Shown: in pieces, positions 54,281-62,898 of the stretch | Layout: every line of letters begins with the position of its first letter | Numbering within the stretch: the first letter of the stretch is position 1 | NCBI GenBank assembly: GCA_030691635.1 | Contig: JAUYEF010000221.1 | Coordinates: 13,929-77,928 of the forward strand | DNA: 64,000 nt | Direction of reading: 5' to 3' | DNA from: Bacillota bacterium | GTDB taxonomy: Bacteria > Bacillota > Sulfobacillia > JAUYEF01 | The notes under the pieces: model-generated | What the model saw: only the letters and a program-made list of their open reading frames with translations | Databases searched by the model: none | Told to the model about the DNA's origin: nothing | Position numbers and translations under genes: made by a program

Positions 54281-55213
54281 GTGATGGACAAGACTGGCTT
54301 GATGATGGTGGTCTTCGCGGCCGGAACTCTGATGGCGTTCTTGTTCTTCTCAGGCAGGCCAATCCCTGAGATAAGCAAGCGTGCGTCAGAGATACGGAAG
54401 CAGAAGACCCCAGAAGAGGTCGAGGCCGAGGAACTGGCCAGACCGTTCTCCGAGCGGGTTATCACGCCTTTGATCGATTCCCTGTCGACGGTCACCCAGA
54501 GGATGATGCCGGGCACCATGATGGCCCGGTTGAGGACGAGGCTGCAAGAAGCAGGCCGTCCGGTGAGCGTCGAGCGGTTCCTGGGGCTGAAGATGATAGC
54601 CGCCGCAGCCACACTGGCGTTGTTCTTGTCGGTCCTTTTGCCTACCCAGCCGGCGGAGAAGCGGCCGATGTCGCTGCTCCTGGGCATCGTCTGCGCTCTA
54701 TCGGCTTTCAACCTGCCGGACTTCTGGCTCTCCCGGAAGGGCGAGCATCGTAAGGTCGCCATGAGGCGGTACCTCGCCGAAGTCATGGACCTGCTCTGCG
54801 TCTCAGTCGAGGCAGGGCTCGGCTTCGACGGCGCCGTCCAGAAAGTGGCCGAGAAGTTCAGAGAGCCGGTTGCCGGCGAATTCAAAAGTTACCTGATAGA
54901 GGTGCGCCTGGGTAAGAGCCGCTCAGAGGCGCTGCGAAACCTGGCCAAGAGGACAGGGCTTCCGGAGATGCAGACGTTCGTGGCGGCGATTGTCCAGGCA
55001 GACCAGCTGGGCGTCAGCATAGCGACCGTTCTGAGGACTCAATCGGACGCATTACGGACGAAGAGGCGCCAGCAGGCAGAAGAGCGGGCGATGAAGGCAC
55101 CCATCAAGATGCTCATTCCGCTGGTGTTCTTCATCTTCCCCACTCTGTTTCTCGTGCTGCTGGGCCCGGCGGCCATCCACTTCATGACGACGCTCAAAGG
55201 CACAATACCTTAG
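54281..55213 (+). CDS. type II secretion system F-family platform protein TadC
   Basis: 310-aa membrane ORF with the T2SSF domain (LPDFWLSRKGEHRKVAMRRYLAEVMDLLCVSVEAGLGFDGAVQKV...FVAAIVQADQLGVSIATVL). Confidence 0.85.
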   Translation: MMDKTGLMMVVFAAGTLMAFLFFSGRPIPEISKRASEIRKQKTPEEVEAEELARPFSERVITPLIDSLSTVTQRMMPGTMMARLRTRLQEAGRPVSVERFLGLKMIAAAATLALFLSVLLPTQPAEKRPMSLLLGIVCALSAFNLPDFWLSRKGEHRKVAMRRYLAEVMDLLCVSVEAGLGFDGAVQKVAEKFREPVAGEFKSYLIEVRLGKSRSEALRNLAKRTGLPEMQTFVAAIVQADQLGVSIATVLRTQSDALRTKRRQQAEERAMKAPIKMLIPLVFFIFPTLFLVLLGPAAIHFMTTLKGTIP

Positions 55214-55273
55214 ACTCAGGACCATGTTGAACCACTGAGGTTTCATCGGGAGTCGCGGTCATACCCCTGTGAA

Positions 55274-55299
55274 AGGTCCCGGGCGGGCACCCGGGACCT
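55274..55299 (+). terminator. hairpin terminator candidate after tadC
   Basis: AGGTCCCGGG-CGGGCA-CCCGGGACCT (10-bp perfect stem) followed by TCTCCTTT, 60 nt after the tadC stop. Confidence 0.5.
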
Positions 55300-55332
55300 T
55301 CTCCTTTGCCGGCCTCACAGTCATTGCCGGTG

Positions 55333-55412
55333 CTCAAACCTGCAGCTCCTCAACGCAGACGGTCCTCAGTGCGACGGGTCCTCCTGTCGAAGAGCCCTCA
55401 ACGCGAGCGGTC
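55333..55412. repeat. five tandem copies of a degenerate 16-nt unit (CTCAnnGCnnnCGGTC)
   Basis: CTCAAACCTGCAGCTC / CTCAACGCAGACGGTC / CTCAGTGCGACGGGTC / CTCCTGTCGAAGAGCC / CTCAACGCGAGCGGTC, read directly. The 16-nt period is not a multiple of 3. The array spans the stop (55398) of the convergent polyferredoxin gene. Confidence 0.7.
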
Positions 55413-56167
55413 CGTGACATCGTCCCCACCCGCGCTGCGTCGACCGAACGCAAGAACCATCTGAGGGCACGCCTCCACGCACTGGAGGCAGCCTATGCAG
55501 TCAGGGCTCAAGACTCTCCCCCGTTTCCGGATATGGGCTGCCACATTGACTCCTTTTGGGCACGCCTTGCTGCAGGTGCCGCAACCCACACATGCCGCGA
55601 GCGAGCGGACGTGGCGGCCTGACAGCAGGCCGCCGAGACCGATGGCTGCGCCGAACGGGCATATGTACCGGCACCAGGCCCGGGTGCCGAGGGCCCGCAC
55701 CATGACGATGGTGAGCGCGGTAACCGCGAGAGCGAGCGGACCCGTAACGCCGCCCAGTGGGGGCGGCTCACCAAGCCTCATGACGAGACGCGCAGGCGGG
55801 TCCTCGAGTAGCTGGGCCAGAGTAAGGTAGGCCATGCCCGCCAGTAGGCCATACCGGACGCCGTACAGCAGGCGCGCCGGTCTGGCCACAGCAGGCCGCA
55901 GGCGGGCGGCCCATGGTGCCAGGAAGTCCTGGAAGGACCCCCAGGCGCAGACCCAGCCGCAGTACCTGGGCCCGAGCACGGACGCGGAAACCAGAACCCC
56001 AAGCCAGATAGTGTCGCTGCTGTGATGACACCGGACTGGAAAGTGCTGAGGAACACCAGAGGCGAGAGCTTCCCCAATAAGCGCATTCTCCCCACATACC
56101 AGTAGAGCGACTGGATAGAAAGGAAGATCAGGAAGGCGATTTGCATGAGCCGTCTTCGCACAAGCAC
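55398..56167 (-). pseudogene. membrane polyferredoxin (COG0348-like 4Fe-4S binding protein), apparently interrupted by a one-base frameshift
   Basis: The N-terminal part is in one frame (VLVRRRLMQIAFLIFLSIQ...LSPLVFLSTFQSGVITAATLSGLG, starting at GTG 56167 with GGAGG 6 nt upstream). The rest is in another frame (WLGVLVSASVLGPRYCGWVCAWGSFQDFL...WCRYICPFGA...CVGCGTCSKACP...CIGCLQCVEACP). The frames switch near the GGGG run at about 56000. The track's 354-aa ORF N-terminus is antisense to udk. Confidence 0.55.
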
Positions 56168-56364
56168 TGGCGTCCTCCGTCGAATCCTTCGTTCTGGGCG
56201 GTATGGAGGCGTCTTCGGCGGTGGTCCGGGCTCTTCCTTCAATCCAGCGCCGGTGGCATGGGTTGGGACACAAAGGCCGGCCGGCGCCGCCAGAATGTTT
56301 GGAGCGGGGGCGTGGCGAATAGAGGTCTGGGCTTTTACCACCACGGGCGCGAGGGAGGCACGAC

Positions 56365-57000
56365 ATGCTCATCATAGGCATAGCCGGGGGAACGGGTTCG
56401 GGAAAGACCACGGTAGCCCAGGCAATCGTGAACAGGCTTGGCGCACCCAACGTGTCGCTCATCTCCCAGGACTCATACTACCTGGATCGCCCCGATTTGC
56501 CATTTGCTGAGAGGGCCAGCCTGAACTACGATCACCCAGGCGCCTTCGAGAATTCGCTTCTGATCTCTCATCTGAGAACGCTGAAAGACCAGCAGGAGGT
56601 CGACGTCCCGGTCTACGATTTCTCCCAGCACCTGAGGCAGAGGAGCACGGTCAGGGTGCATCCCAGGCCGGTCCTGGTGGTGGAGGGCATCCTGGTGCTG
56701 GCGGATGAAAGCCTCCGGAACCTGTTCGATATCAAGATTTTCGTCGACACGGACCCTGATGTCCGCGTGCTGCGGCGCGTCACGCGAGACATAGAAGAGC
56801 GGGGCAGGACCCTCGAATCCGTGCGCAGGCAGTACCTGGAAACGGTGAAACCCATGCACGACGCATTCGTGGAGCCGTCAAAGAGGTATGCGGACATCAT
56901 TGTGCCAGAGGGCGGCCTGAACGAGATAGCCATCGGTCTCGTGACCTCGCGGCTGGCCCAACACGTCAAAGACATGGCAGAACAAAAGGGCCGCCCGTGA
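56365..57000 (+). CDS. udk: uridine kinase
   Basis: 211-aa ORF with MLIIGIAGGTGSGKTTVAQAI, SQDSYY, YDHPGAFE and VVEGIL. Confidence 0.93.
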   Translation: MLIIGIAGGTGSGKTTVAQAIVNRLGAPNVSLISQDSYYLDRPDLPFAERASLNYDHPGAFENSLLISHLRTLKDQQEVDVPVYDFSQHLRQRSTVRVHPRPVLVVEGILVLADESLRNLFDIKIFVDTDPDVRVLRRVTRDIEERGRTLESVRRQYLETVKPMHDAFVEPSKRYADIIVPEGGLNEIAIGLVTSRLAQHVKDMAEQKGRP

Positions 57001-57087
57001 TGCTCTCTGGACGGCCCACCGCCTGAATGAAACCGGGCGCACGATGGCTGAGACCGCCGCCCGGGGTATCTGCTTGCTTTGTGGCGC

Positions 57088-57858
57088 CTACTTTATGGTG
57101 AACTCCACGTTGACCACCGCGGTTATCTCTTTCTCCAGCGATGACGTGTCGTTGATGCCATAGTCCGACACCTCATTCGAGTTGAGCCGCGTGATCTGGA
57201 AAACACCCATCTTGGCCGACCTCACGTAACCCAGCGTGCCGCCTGTCGCCGTCACGATCTTCTCAGCGCGGGCTTTGGCGTCCCTCGAAGCCTCGGCCAG
57301 CATATCCACCTTCAGGTCGTTGAGCTTCGTATAGAAGAACTGGACCGGGTACGACTGGAAAAGCACGCCCTGGTTGATGAGCTGAGTGGACTCGCGCGAA
57401 ACCACGGCCGTCTTCTGGACATCCTTGGAGGACACCTCAACGGTCTGCCGCAGGATGTACCCCGAAATCTCGCGGGCGAGCTCGCCTCGTATGGGCATCC
57501 CTGTCTTGGCGAGGATCTCCTGAGTCTTGGGATCGATCTCGTACAGCACCTCCGTCGACACCGCCGAGAACATTATCTGGTTCTCAGCGATGCCCTGCTT
57601 CAGGAGGTAGTCCTTGACCTTGGCGGCTGCCTCTTTCAGCCCTGCGTAGGCGACCTTCATGTCCTTGTCCTGGTAAGAGAAGTTTCCGTTCCATACCGCA
57701 AGGTCCGAGACAATCTGCTTTTTCGCCGAGCCTGTGACCGTTATGGACTTGCGGGCGTTGACGAAAGTGTCAAGCGGCCTGGCCACGATTAGGGTGCACA
57801 CTATGAGTGCAAGCGACGCGATGGCGACCGATACAACCGTGCTCTTGCCGGTGTTCAT
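57088..57858 (-). CDS. SIMPL-domain (DUF541) membrane-anchored protein
   Basis: N-terminal TM anchor, then ITVTGSAKKQIVSDLAVWNGNF...VTATGGTLGYVRSAKMGVFQIT, typical of the SIMPL/BP26 family. Start set at ATG 57858 (AGGAGG 6 nt upstream). Confidence 0.65.
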   Translation of the reverse strand: MNTGKSTVVSVAIASLALIVCTLIVARPLDTFVNARKSITVTGSAKKQIVSDLAVWNGNFSYQDKDMKVAYAGLKEAAAKVKDYLLKQGIAENQIMFSAVSTEVLYEIDPKTQEILAKTGMPIRGELAREISGYILRQTVEVSSKDVQKTAVVSRESTQLINQGVLFQSYPVQFFYTKLNDLKVDMLAEASRDAKARAEKIVTATGGTLGYVRSAKMGVFQITRLNSNEVSDYGINDTSSLEKEITAVVNVEFTIK

Positions 57859-57951
57859 CCCACACCTCCTTTCCTTCTGAGTTCCATAGACAGGGACGAC
57901 GCCGCGCGGCACATGTTCCGCCGCCGGCAGGCCATTCCACCGGGAAACCGT

Positions 57952-59493
57952 TCACGTCGCGTCGACCGCCCACTGCATACGGTAGCTGATGGCTTCTGTG
58001 ATATGTTCGGCCCTCACGGTGGGGCTTTCCTCCGTGTCCGCTATCGTGCGGGCAATGCGCAGCACCTTGTGGGCCGACCTCAGGCTCAGCCGGAGCCTGT
58101 CAAAGGCCGACGCGAACAGGCCTGACGTCGCCGCATCCAGCGAGCACGCCGTCATCAGCGCGTCTCCTTCCAGGGAAGCATTCAGGCACGGCCGGCATGT
58201 GCCGAGACCCCGGTTGCGCCTGACCTGACGGCGTTTTACCGCTTCGACTCGCCGGGCGACAGTGGCCGAGTCCTCGGCAGGAGGTCCGGATGTGGCTTCT
58301 TCCCAATCCTGCCTCGGTACCTCGACCTGGATGTCTATCCGGTCAAGGACTGGGCCGGACACCTTGTGCCTGTACCGCCGGACTTCCGCTGGGCTGCATG
58401 TGCACGCGCCGGAACCGCTGAGACCGCACGGGCAGGGGTTGGTGGCCCCCACCATCTGGAAGCGCGCAGGCAGGACAAGCCTGGCCCCGGCCCGGCTCAG
58501 GTTCACCACCCCTTCTTCCAGAGGCTGACGAAGCGCCTCGAGCGCGTCACGCCGGAATTCCGGAAGTTCATCCAGAAACAGCACGCCCCGGTGCGCCAGG
58601 CTCACCTCGCCCGGCCTGCCGCGAGCAGAACCGATCAGGCCCGCGAGCGATACACTGTGGTGTGGCGAGCGGAAAGGTGGAGTTGCCACGACGCCGACGC
58701 CGTGCGGGAGCAGGCCGGCCACGCTGTACGCCACGCTGACCTCAAGCGCGTCTTCAGGATCCAGCGCGGGAAGCAGGCCGGGAAGCGCCCGCGCCAGCAT
58801 CGTCTTGCCTGCGCCGGGAGGACCCGTGAGCAGCATGTGATGTCCCCCGCAGGCGGCGATCTCGACCGCCCTCTTGGGCTTGGCGAGTCCCCTCACCGCG
58901 GATATGTCGTGCGACCGGTCTACCCCGCGTGCCGGGCAGACCGGCGCTTGTAGCGCAGACCTTTCGTCGCGCCAGGCGCCAGGCCCGGCCTGCAGCAACT
59001 CGATGGCCTGCACCAGGCGGGTGGCGCTCCTCCCCACAAGGCCCGTGGGGACCCGCACTTCGGCAAGGTTGTCCGGATGGACGATAGCGCGGGTGAGGCC
59101 GGCGCGGGCGGCGGCAGCCGCGACGGGAAGCACGCCCCGGACCGGGCGGAGTGAGCCGTCCAGCGCGAGTTCAGCCAGCAGCAGCGCCGCTTCTGGCTCG
59201 GCGATCGGTGCCTGCCCAGAGCACGCAAGCACACCGGTCGCGATCGCAAGATCGAAAGAGGTGCCTTCTTTGCGGACGTCACCAGGGGCCAGGTTGACCG
59301 TGATGCGCCTCAGGGGAAACTCGTAGCCTGCGTTGCGGATGGCAGACCTGACGCGCTCCCGCGCCTCTCGCGCAGGCAGGTCCGGTTGGCCCACGATGTC
59401 GAGCTGAGGGAGGCCGGGAGCGATGTCCACCTCAACCGTGATTACCCGGCCTTCAAGACCGCAGGTCGTACCCGAGATAGTCTTGCATAGCAA
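57952..59493 (-). CDS. comM: YifB/ComM-family Mg-chelatase-like AAA+ ATPase
   Basis: 513-aa ORF with a Lon-like N-domain (GLEGRVITVEVDIAPGLPQLDIVGQPD), Walker A LLTGPPGAGKTMLARAL, GVLFLDELPEF, and a C-terminal Mg_chelatase_C region. Confidence 0.9.
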   Translation of the reverse strand: MLCKTISGTTCGLEGRVITVEVDIAPGLPQLDIVGQPDLPAREARERVRSAIRNAGYEFPLRRITVNLAPGDVRKEGTSFDLAIATGVLACSGQAPIAEPEAALLLAELALDGSLRPVRGVLPVAAAAARAGLTRAIVHPDNLAEVRVPTGLVGRSATRLVQAIELLQAGPGAWRDERSALQAPVCPARGVDRSHDISAVRGLAKPKRAVEIAACGGHHMLLTGPPGAGKTMLARALPGLLPALDPEDALEVSVAYSVAGLLPHGVGVVATPPFRSPHHSVSLAGLIGSARGRPGEVSLAHRGVLFLDELPEFRRDALEALRQPLEEGVVNLSRAGARLVLPARFQMVGATNPCPCGLSGSGACTCSPAEVRRYRHKVSGPVLDRIDIQVEVPRQDWEEATSGPPAEDSATVARRVEAVKRRQVRRNRGLGTCRPCLNASLEGDALMTACSLDAATSGLFASAFDRLRLSLRSAHKVLRIARTIADTEESPTVRAEHITEAISYRMQWAVDAT

Positions 59494-59754
59494 AGCCTAC
59501 CAGCTTCTCTTGCCACCAGTCCGGACAAGTATAGCACGGTCGGCTAGGACCGGCGGGTCGAACGCTGTCAGGCCGGCCGGAGACTGCGCACGTTCAGGGC
59601 GCCGGAAGGGCCCAGAGGCATGAAAACGCGTCATTCATTTGGAACAAAGGTAATACTCCTGCAATGGGGACTGATTTTCCGCCCCGAAAGGAATTGGGCG
59701 CTGCTTCAGCCAATATGAACAGCAGTCTTGACGGACGGGCCGGAGGTGACGACC

Positions 59755-60231
59755 GTGGCCAACACGTCCTATCTGCGGAGAGTGGTTGAGCCGTTTGTCA
59801 GGCAGGAGCTGGGCCGGCGCTTCAACACGGTGTTTTTGCCGAAAGTGACGGGCCTGGTGAGCGGCGGGCAGCGCGAGTTCAATGCGGTTTCGCACAGCGG
59901 CGAGATCGTGGCCTCCATAACCAGCGCCGGCGGCAAGACGGTCTCCGGCAATGTCTCGTCGGGCAAAGTCCGGGGCGCCGAGTCGGAGCTCTACTACCTG
60001 ACACTGGTATCTGCAGCCACTAGGCTCCTGGTCGTCACATCGCCGGAGTTCTTTCGCATGCTGGTCAAGAAGCTCGAAGGCAGGCTGGCTCCTGGGATTT
60101 CCGTGGAGCTGATAGAACTCCCTGAGGAGATGGCGGAAGAGGTTGCCCGGGTCCAGGCCGAAGCGAGCGTCGAGATGTCGCCGGCGACGAGACGGTACCA
60201 GGACCAGCTGCCCACTCGCCGGCGCGAATGA
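59755..60231 (+). CDS. hypothetical protein (no family assigned)
   Basis: ORF (M)ANTSYLRRVVEPFVRQELGRRFNTVFLPKVTGLVSGGQREFNAVSHSGEIVASITS...ELYYLTLVSAATRLLVVTSPEFF. GTG start at 59755 with GGAGG 8 nt upstream; the track ORF starts at TTG 59728. The composition is coding-like, whereas the overlapping 366-aa minus ORF is Arg-rich junk. Confidence 0.5.
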   Translation: MANTSYLRRVVEPFVRQELGRRFNTVFLPKVTGLVSGGQREFNAVSHSGEIVASITSAGGKTVSGNVSSGKVRGAESELYYLTLVSAATRLLVVTSPEFFRMLVKKLEGRLAPGISVELIELPEEMAEEVARVQAEASVEMSPATRRYQDQLPTRRRE

Positions 60232-60341
60232 GCAGGAAATAGCCGAGGGCTCATCAAACCATACTCCAAGACCTGTATCTGCCTGCAAAGCCGCATTACC
60301 TCGAAGCGGACCACCCTTTCGGAAGCCAGGGGGCATTCTCC

Positions 60342-61007
60342 GTGATATATGAGCCGCGCAGGGTCTCAAGGCACCGCCGTAGGCCGAGATACTTCCTGTA
60401 CGTGATGGTCGTGCTCGTGGTGGCGGGCGGCTACTGGTTCTTGGCCGGGCCGGGAAGGCCGGCCGCGGTGACTCCGAAACCCGAGGCATCACCGGCTCCA
60501 GCCTCGAAGACGCCCGCCGGCCAGACCACACCCGCCGGCCCGGTCGAGCCGCCCAAGGATCCGGAGCCACAGCGGGCGCCGCCCGCCCAGGAGCCTGCAG
60601 CGCCAAAGCCCGAGCCGGTCCAAGAGCCTGTCCGAGCGCCCACAACCGAGCCATCCGAGAAGCCCAAGCGACCGGCGGCTGTGACGCCTGCGCCGCAGCC
60701 GCAGCCGGTGCCGGAGCCTCCCCAGGCTCAACCAAAGCCGCCTCTAGAACTGCTCGACTGGAAATTCGTGAGCGACCAGAACTCCCGGTTCCTTGAGGCG
60801 ACCGTCAAGGACAACGCCAACGTCAACTACCAGTACGTCCAGGCCGAGGTCAGCCTCTATGATGACGTCGGAAGATACCTCGGCACCAGAGTGGCCAGCA
60901 CGACGACCGCGGGAGGCTGGTTGCCGGCCGGAGGAACCTGGAGGTTCAGGCTGCTCATCATGGACGCCAGAGCGGTGAACTGCGTCTTCAAGATCAGCGG
61001 GCACTAG
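60342..61007 (+). CDS. membrane-anchored protein with a Pro-rich linker and a C-terminal FxLYD-like domain
   Basis: TM helix (YFLYVMVVLVVAGGYWFLAG), about 100 aa of Pro/Ala/Glu/Lys-rich linker, then FLEATVKDNANVNYQYVQAEVSLYDDVGRYLG...LPAGGTWRF, which resembles the FxLYD domain. Confidence 0.55.
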   Translation: MIYEPRRVSRHRRRPRYFLYVMVVLVVAGGYWFLAGPGRPAAVTPKPEASPAPASKTPAGQTTPAGPVEPPKDPEPQRAPPAQEPAAPKPEPVQEPVRAPTTEPSEKPKRPAAVTPAPQPQPVPEPPQAQPKPPLELLDWKFVSDQNSRFLEATVKDNANVNYQYVQAEVSLYDDVGRYLGTRVASTTTAGGWLPAGGTWRFRLLIMDARAVNCVFKISGH

Positions 61008-61227
61008 GCCGCAGGCCAGAGCCCGCGCCCAGGTTGTGCACTTGCGATTTCATCCTGCGATTCTCAAAGGAGTGACGCCGCGTGGTGGTTCGGTTCGGGA
61101 TGCCGTCGCGAGGCGTCGGCCTGCCTCTCACACTTCCCCTCACCCGCTAGCGGGATAGGTCTGCCCTTTTCCGGCCTGCGCCTTTCGTCTGAGGCCGGTA
61201 CAAGGGTCCACAAAAAGCTTTGCCTGC

Positions 61228-62460
61228 ATGAGGGGAGTGTGTTTCAGCGTGATGTGGCCATTCTACGTCTATGGTTTTCTGTCGTCGGCCATGCTCGACC
61301 AGTTTGTGTGGATGGCGTACTTGATGAACAGAGGATATTCGACCTCCGACCTGGGCCTGGCCATGCTCAGTTTCGGCGCCGCGTATATCGCCTGCAGCGT
61401 CCCGTCGAGTTACCTGTCGGACCGCGCCGGCAGGCGCCAGTTCTTGGTCCTGGGGCCGGTCTTCAAGATCGCCAGCGCCTTCTTGTTCATCGACGCGCGA
61501 TCTCTGGGTGTGGTCCTGGCGGGCACCGCCTGCGCTGGGGTGGCTTTCTCGGTCATCGCCGACACCGATCATGCGTGCCTTCATGATGTCCTGGTGTTTC
61601 GCGGGCTGGAGAGGCATGTTAACGACCGGCTGTCCCGGTTCGCGGCAACGCAGGTTCTGGGCAACACACTGGGGGGATTCCTCGGCGGGCTGCTGGCGAG
61701 GGCGTCGTACCAGCGGCTATACTGCGCCGAAGCGGCAGTATCCGCCCTGGCCGCATTCGCCGGCCTTTTCGTCCCGACCGTCCCCGTGTCGTGGATGAGA
61801 GGCCGGGCGGGTGGTGGCATCGCCCACCGTGCCACCGGTGCGCGGACCGCCCTTGGGACCATCAGCCGCCAGGGCCCTCGCTTCGTAGGGTTCCTGGCGC
61901 TCACCGTCGCCAGCTGGACCGCATACGGCCTCGGGCGCGACCTCATCCAGCCTGTCATGGCGATACACGACATAGACCCTGCCGTGATCGCGGCGGTGTT
62001 CACCGCAGGAGGCCTTTTCACCATCGCCGGCAGGCGCGTCGCGGGCCATCTCGACGCTCACGAACACGGAACAGGGTTCGTGCTTCACATGATCCCTTTC
62101 GCCGCGGCGACCATGGCAGCAGGTTTGCTGGGCACGGCCGGCCGGCGACCGGGGCTTGTCTGGGTTCTGGCCATGACGGTGAGCCTTGCGTTTGGACGGC
62201 TGGTCTGCTCGTTTTCAGGCCATGTCCAGGAAGTATGGCTGCTGAGACGCGCCCCGGCCGGCATGAAAGCCACCACACTGTCGCTGGCCGGGTCGGCCAC
62301 CATCCTCATCAACAGCATCTGCTTCTATCTCCTGGGGCTGGCCTCCATGCAGCACGGTGTATCGATGCCGCTGTTTATCCTCGGGGTCACCTGCCTGGGG
62401 TTACACATTCTCTGGCAGAGATGGCTCCGTGGCGACGGCACGGGCGTTCCTGAGGCGTAG
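61228..62460 (+). CDS. MFS-type transporter
   Basis: 410-aa ORF with about 12 hydrophobic segments and an MFS loop 2-3 motif (YLSDRAGRRQFLVLG). Confidence 0.6.
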   Translation: MRGVCFSVMWPFYVYGFLSSAMLDQFVWMAYLMNRGYSTSDLGLAMLSFGAAYIACSVPSSYLSDRAGRRQFLVLGPVFKIASAFLFIDARSLGVVLAGTACAGVAFSVIADTDHACLHDVLVFRGLERHVNDRLSRFAATQVLGNTLGGFLGGLLARASYQRLYCAEAAVSALAAFAGLFVPTVPVSWMRGRAGGGIAHRATGARTALGTISRQGPRFVGFLALTVASWTAYGLGRDLIQPVMAIHDIDPAVIAAVFTAGGLFTIAGRRVAGHLDAHEHGTGFVLHMIPFAAATMAAGLLGTAGRRPGLVWVLAMTVSLAFGRLVCSFSGHVQEVWLLRRAPAGMKATTLSLAGSATILINSICFYLLGLASMQHGVSMPLFILGVTCLGLHILWQRWLRGDGTGVPEA

Positions 62461-62488
62461 AACTCAAGGCGGACATCTCGAATAGGCT

Positions 62489-62758
62489 GTGATGAAGTCT
62501 CTCACCGGGGAGGCGGCGCCCGTGAGAATTGAGTTCAACCTGGCTGACCAGGACATAGACTTTGAGTGCCCGACCTGCCGGAACAAGTTCCGGGCCAGAG
62601 CTCAGGACCTGCTCGACCCAGAGAAGACCACTGCGTGTCCCGCCTGTGGCCAGCTCTTCCGCAGCAAGACCAGCATCGATGATGTCCAGCGATCGGTGAC
62701 GAAAGCTGCCGAGAAGGCGGTTGCGCGCCGTGTCAAGAAGCGTAGGAAGCGGAAGTAA
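62489..62758 (+). CDS. small zinc-ribbon protein with a basic C-terminal tail
   Basis: 89-aa ORF with CPTC...17 aa...CPAC (MJ0042-like zinc finger) and a KKRRKRK tail. Confidence 0.5.
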   Translation: MMKSLTGEAAPVRIEFNLADQDIDFECPTCRNKFRARAQDLLDPEKTTACPACGQLFRSKTSIDDVQRSVTKAAEKAVARRVKKRRKRK

Positions 62759-62898
62759 GGTCCATGGTTGCAGTGGTTCTTCTAAGCCCCACTGCCGGCT
62801 CACGGCCGGCCGCAAGTTGCTCACCTGCCGCGGCGTCATATCCTGTCATCGAGCCCACCTACCGCAAATACAGATTCAGGTAGGGAACCTCTAGTGAG

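Noticed and set aside
52347-54885. 275-aa and 357-aa minus-strand ORFs inside the tad locus
   Set aside because: They are antisense to tadA, tadB and tadC, which have unambiguous Walker and T2SSF motifs. The antisense translations are Ser/Thr/Arg-rich with no motifs.
59635-60735. 366-aa minus-strand ORF spanning two plus-strand genes
   Set aside because: It is Arg/Pro/Ala-rich, has no Shine-Dalgarno sequence, and overlaps two plus-strand ORFs that have good ribosome-binding sites and sensible hydrophobic and domain patterns.
60470-60740. Apparent nucleotide periodicity in the Pro-rich region of the FxLYD protein
   Set aside because: It reflects a low-complexity PxP/EP/KP linker in a coding frame rather than a discrete DNA repeat.
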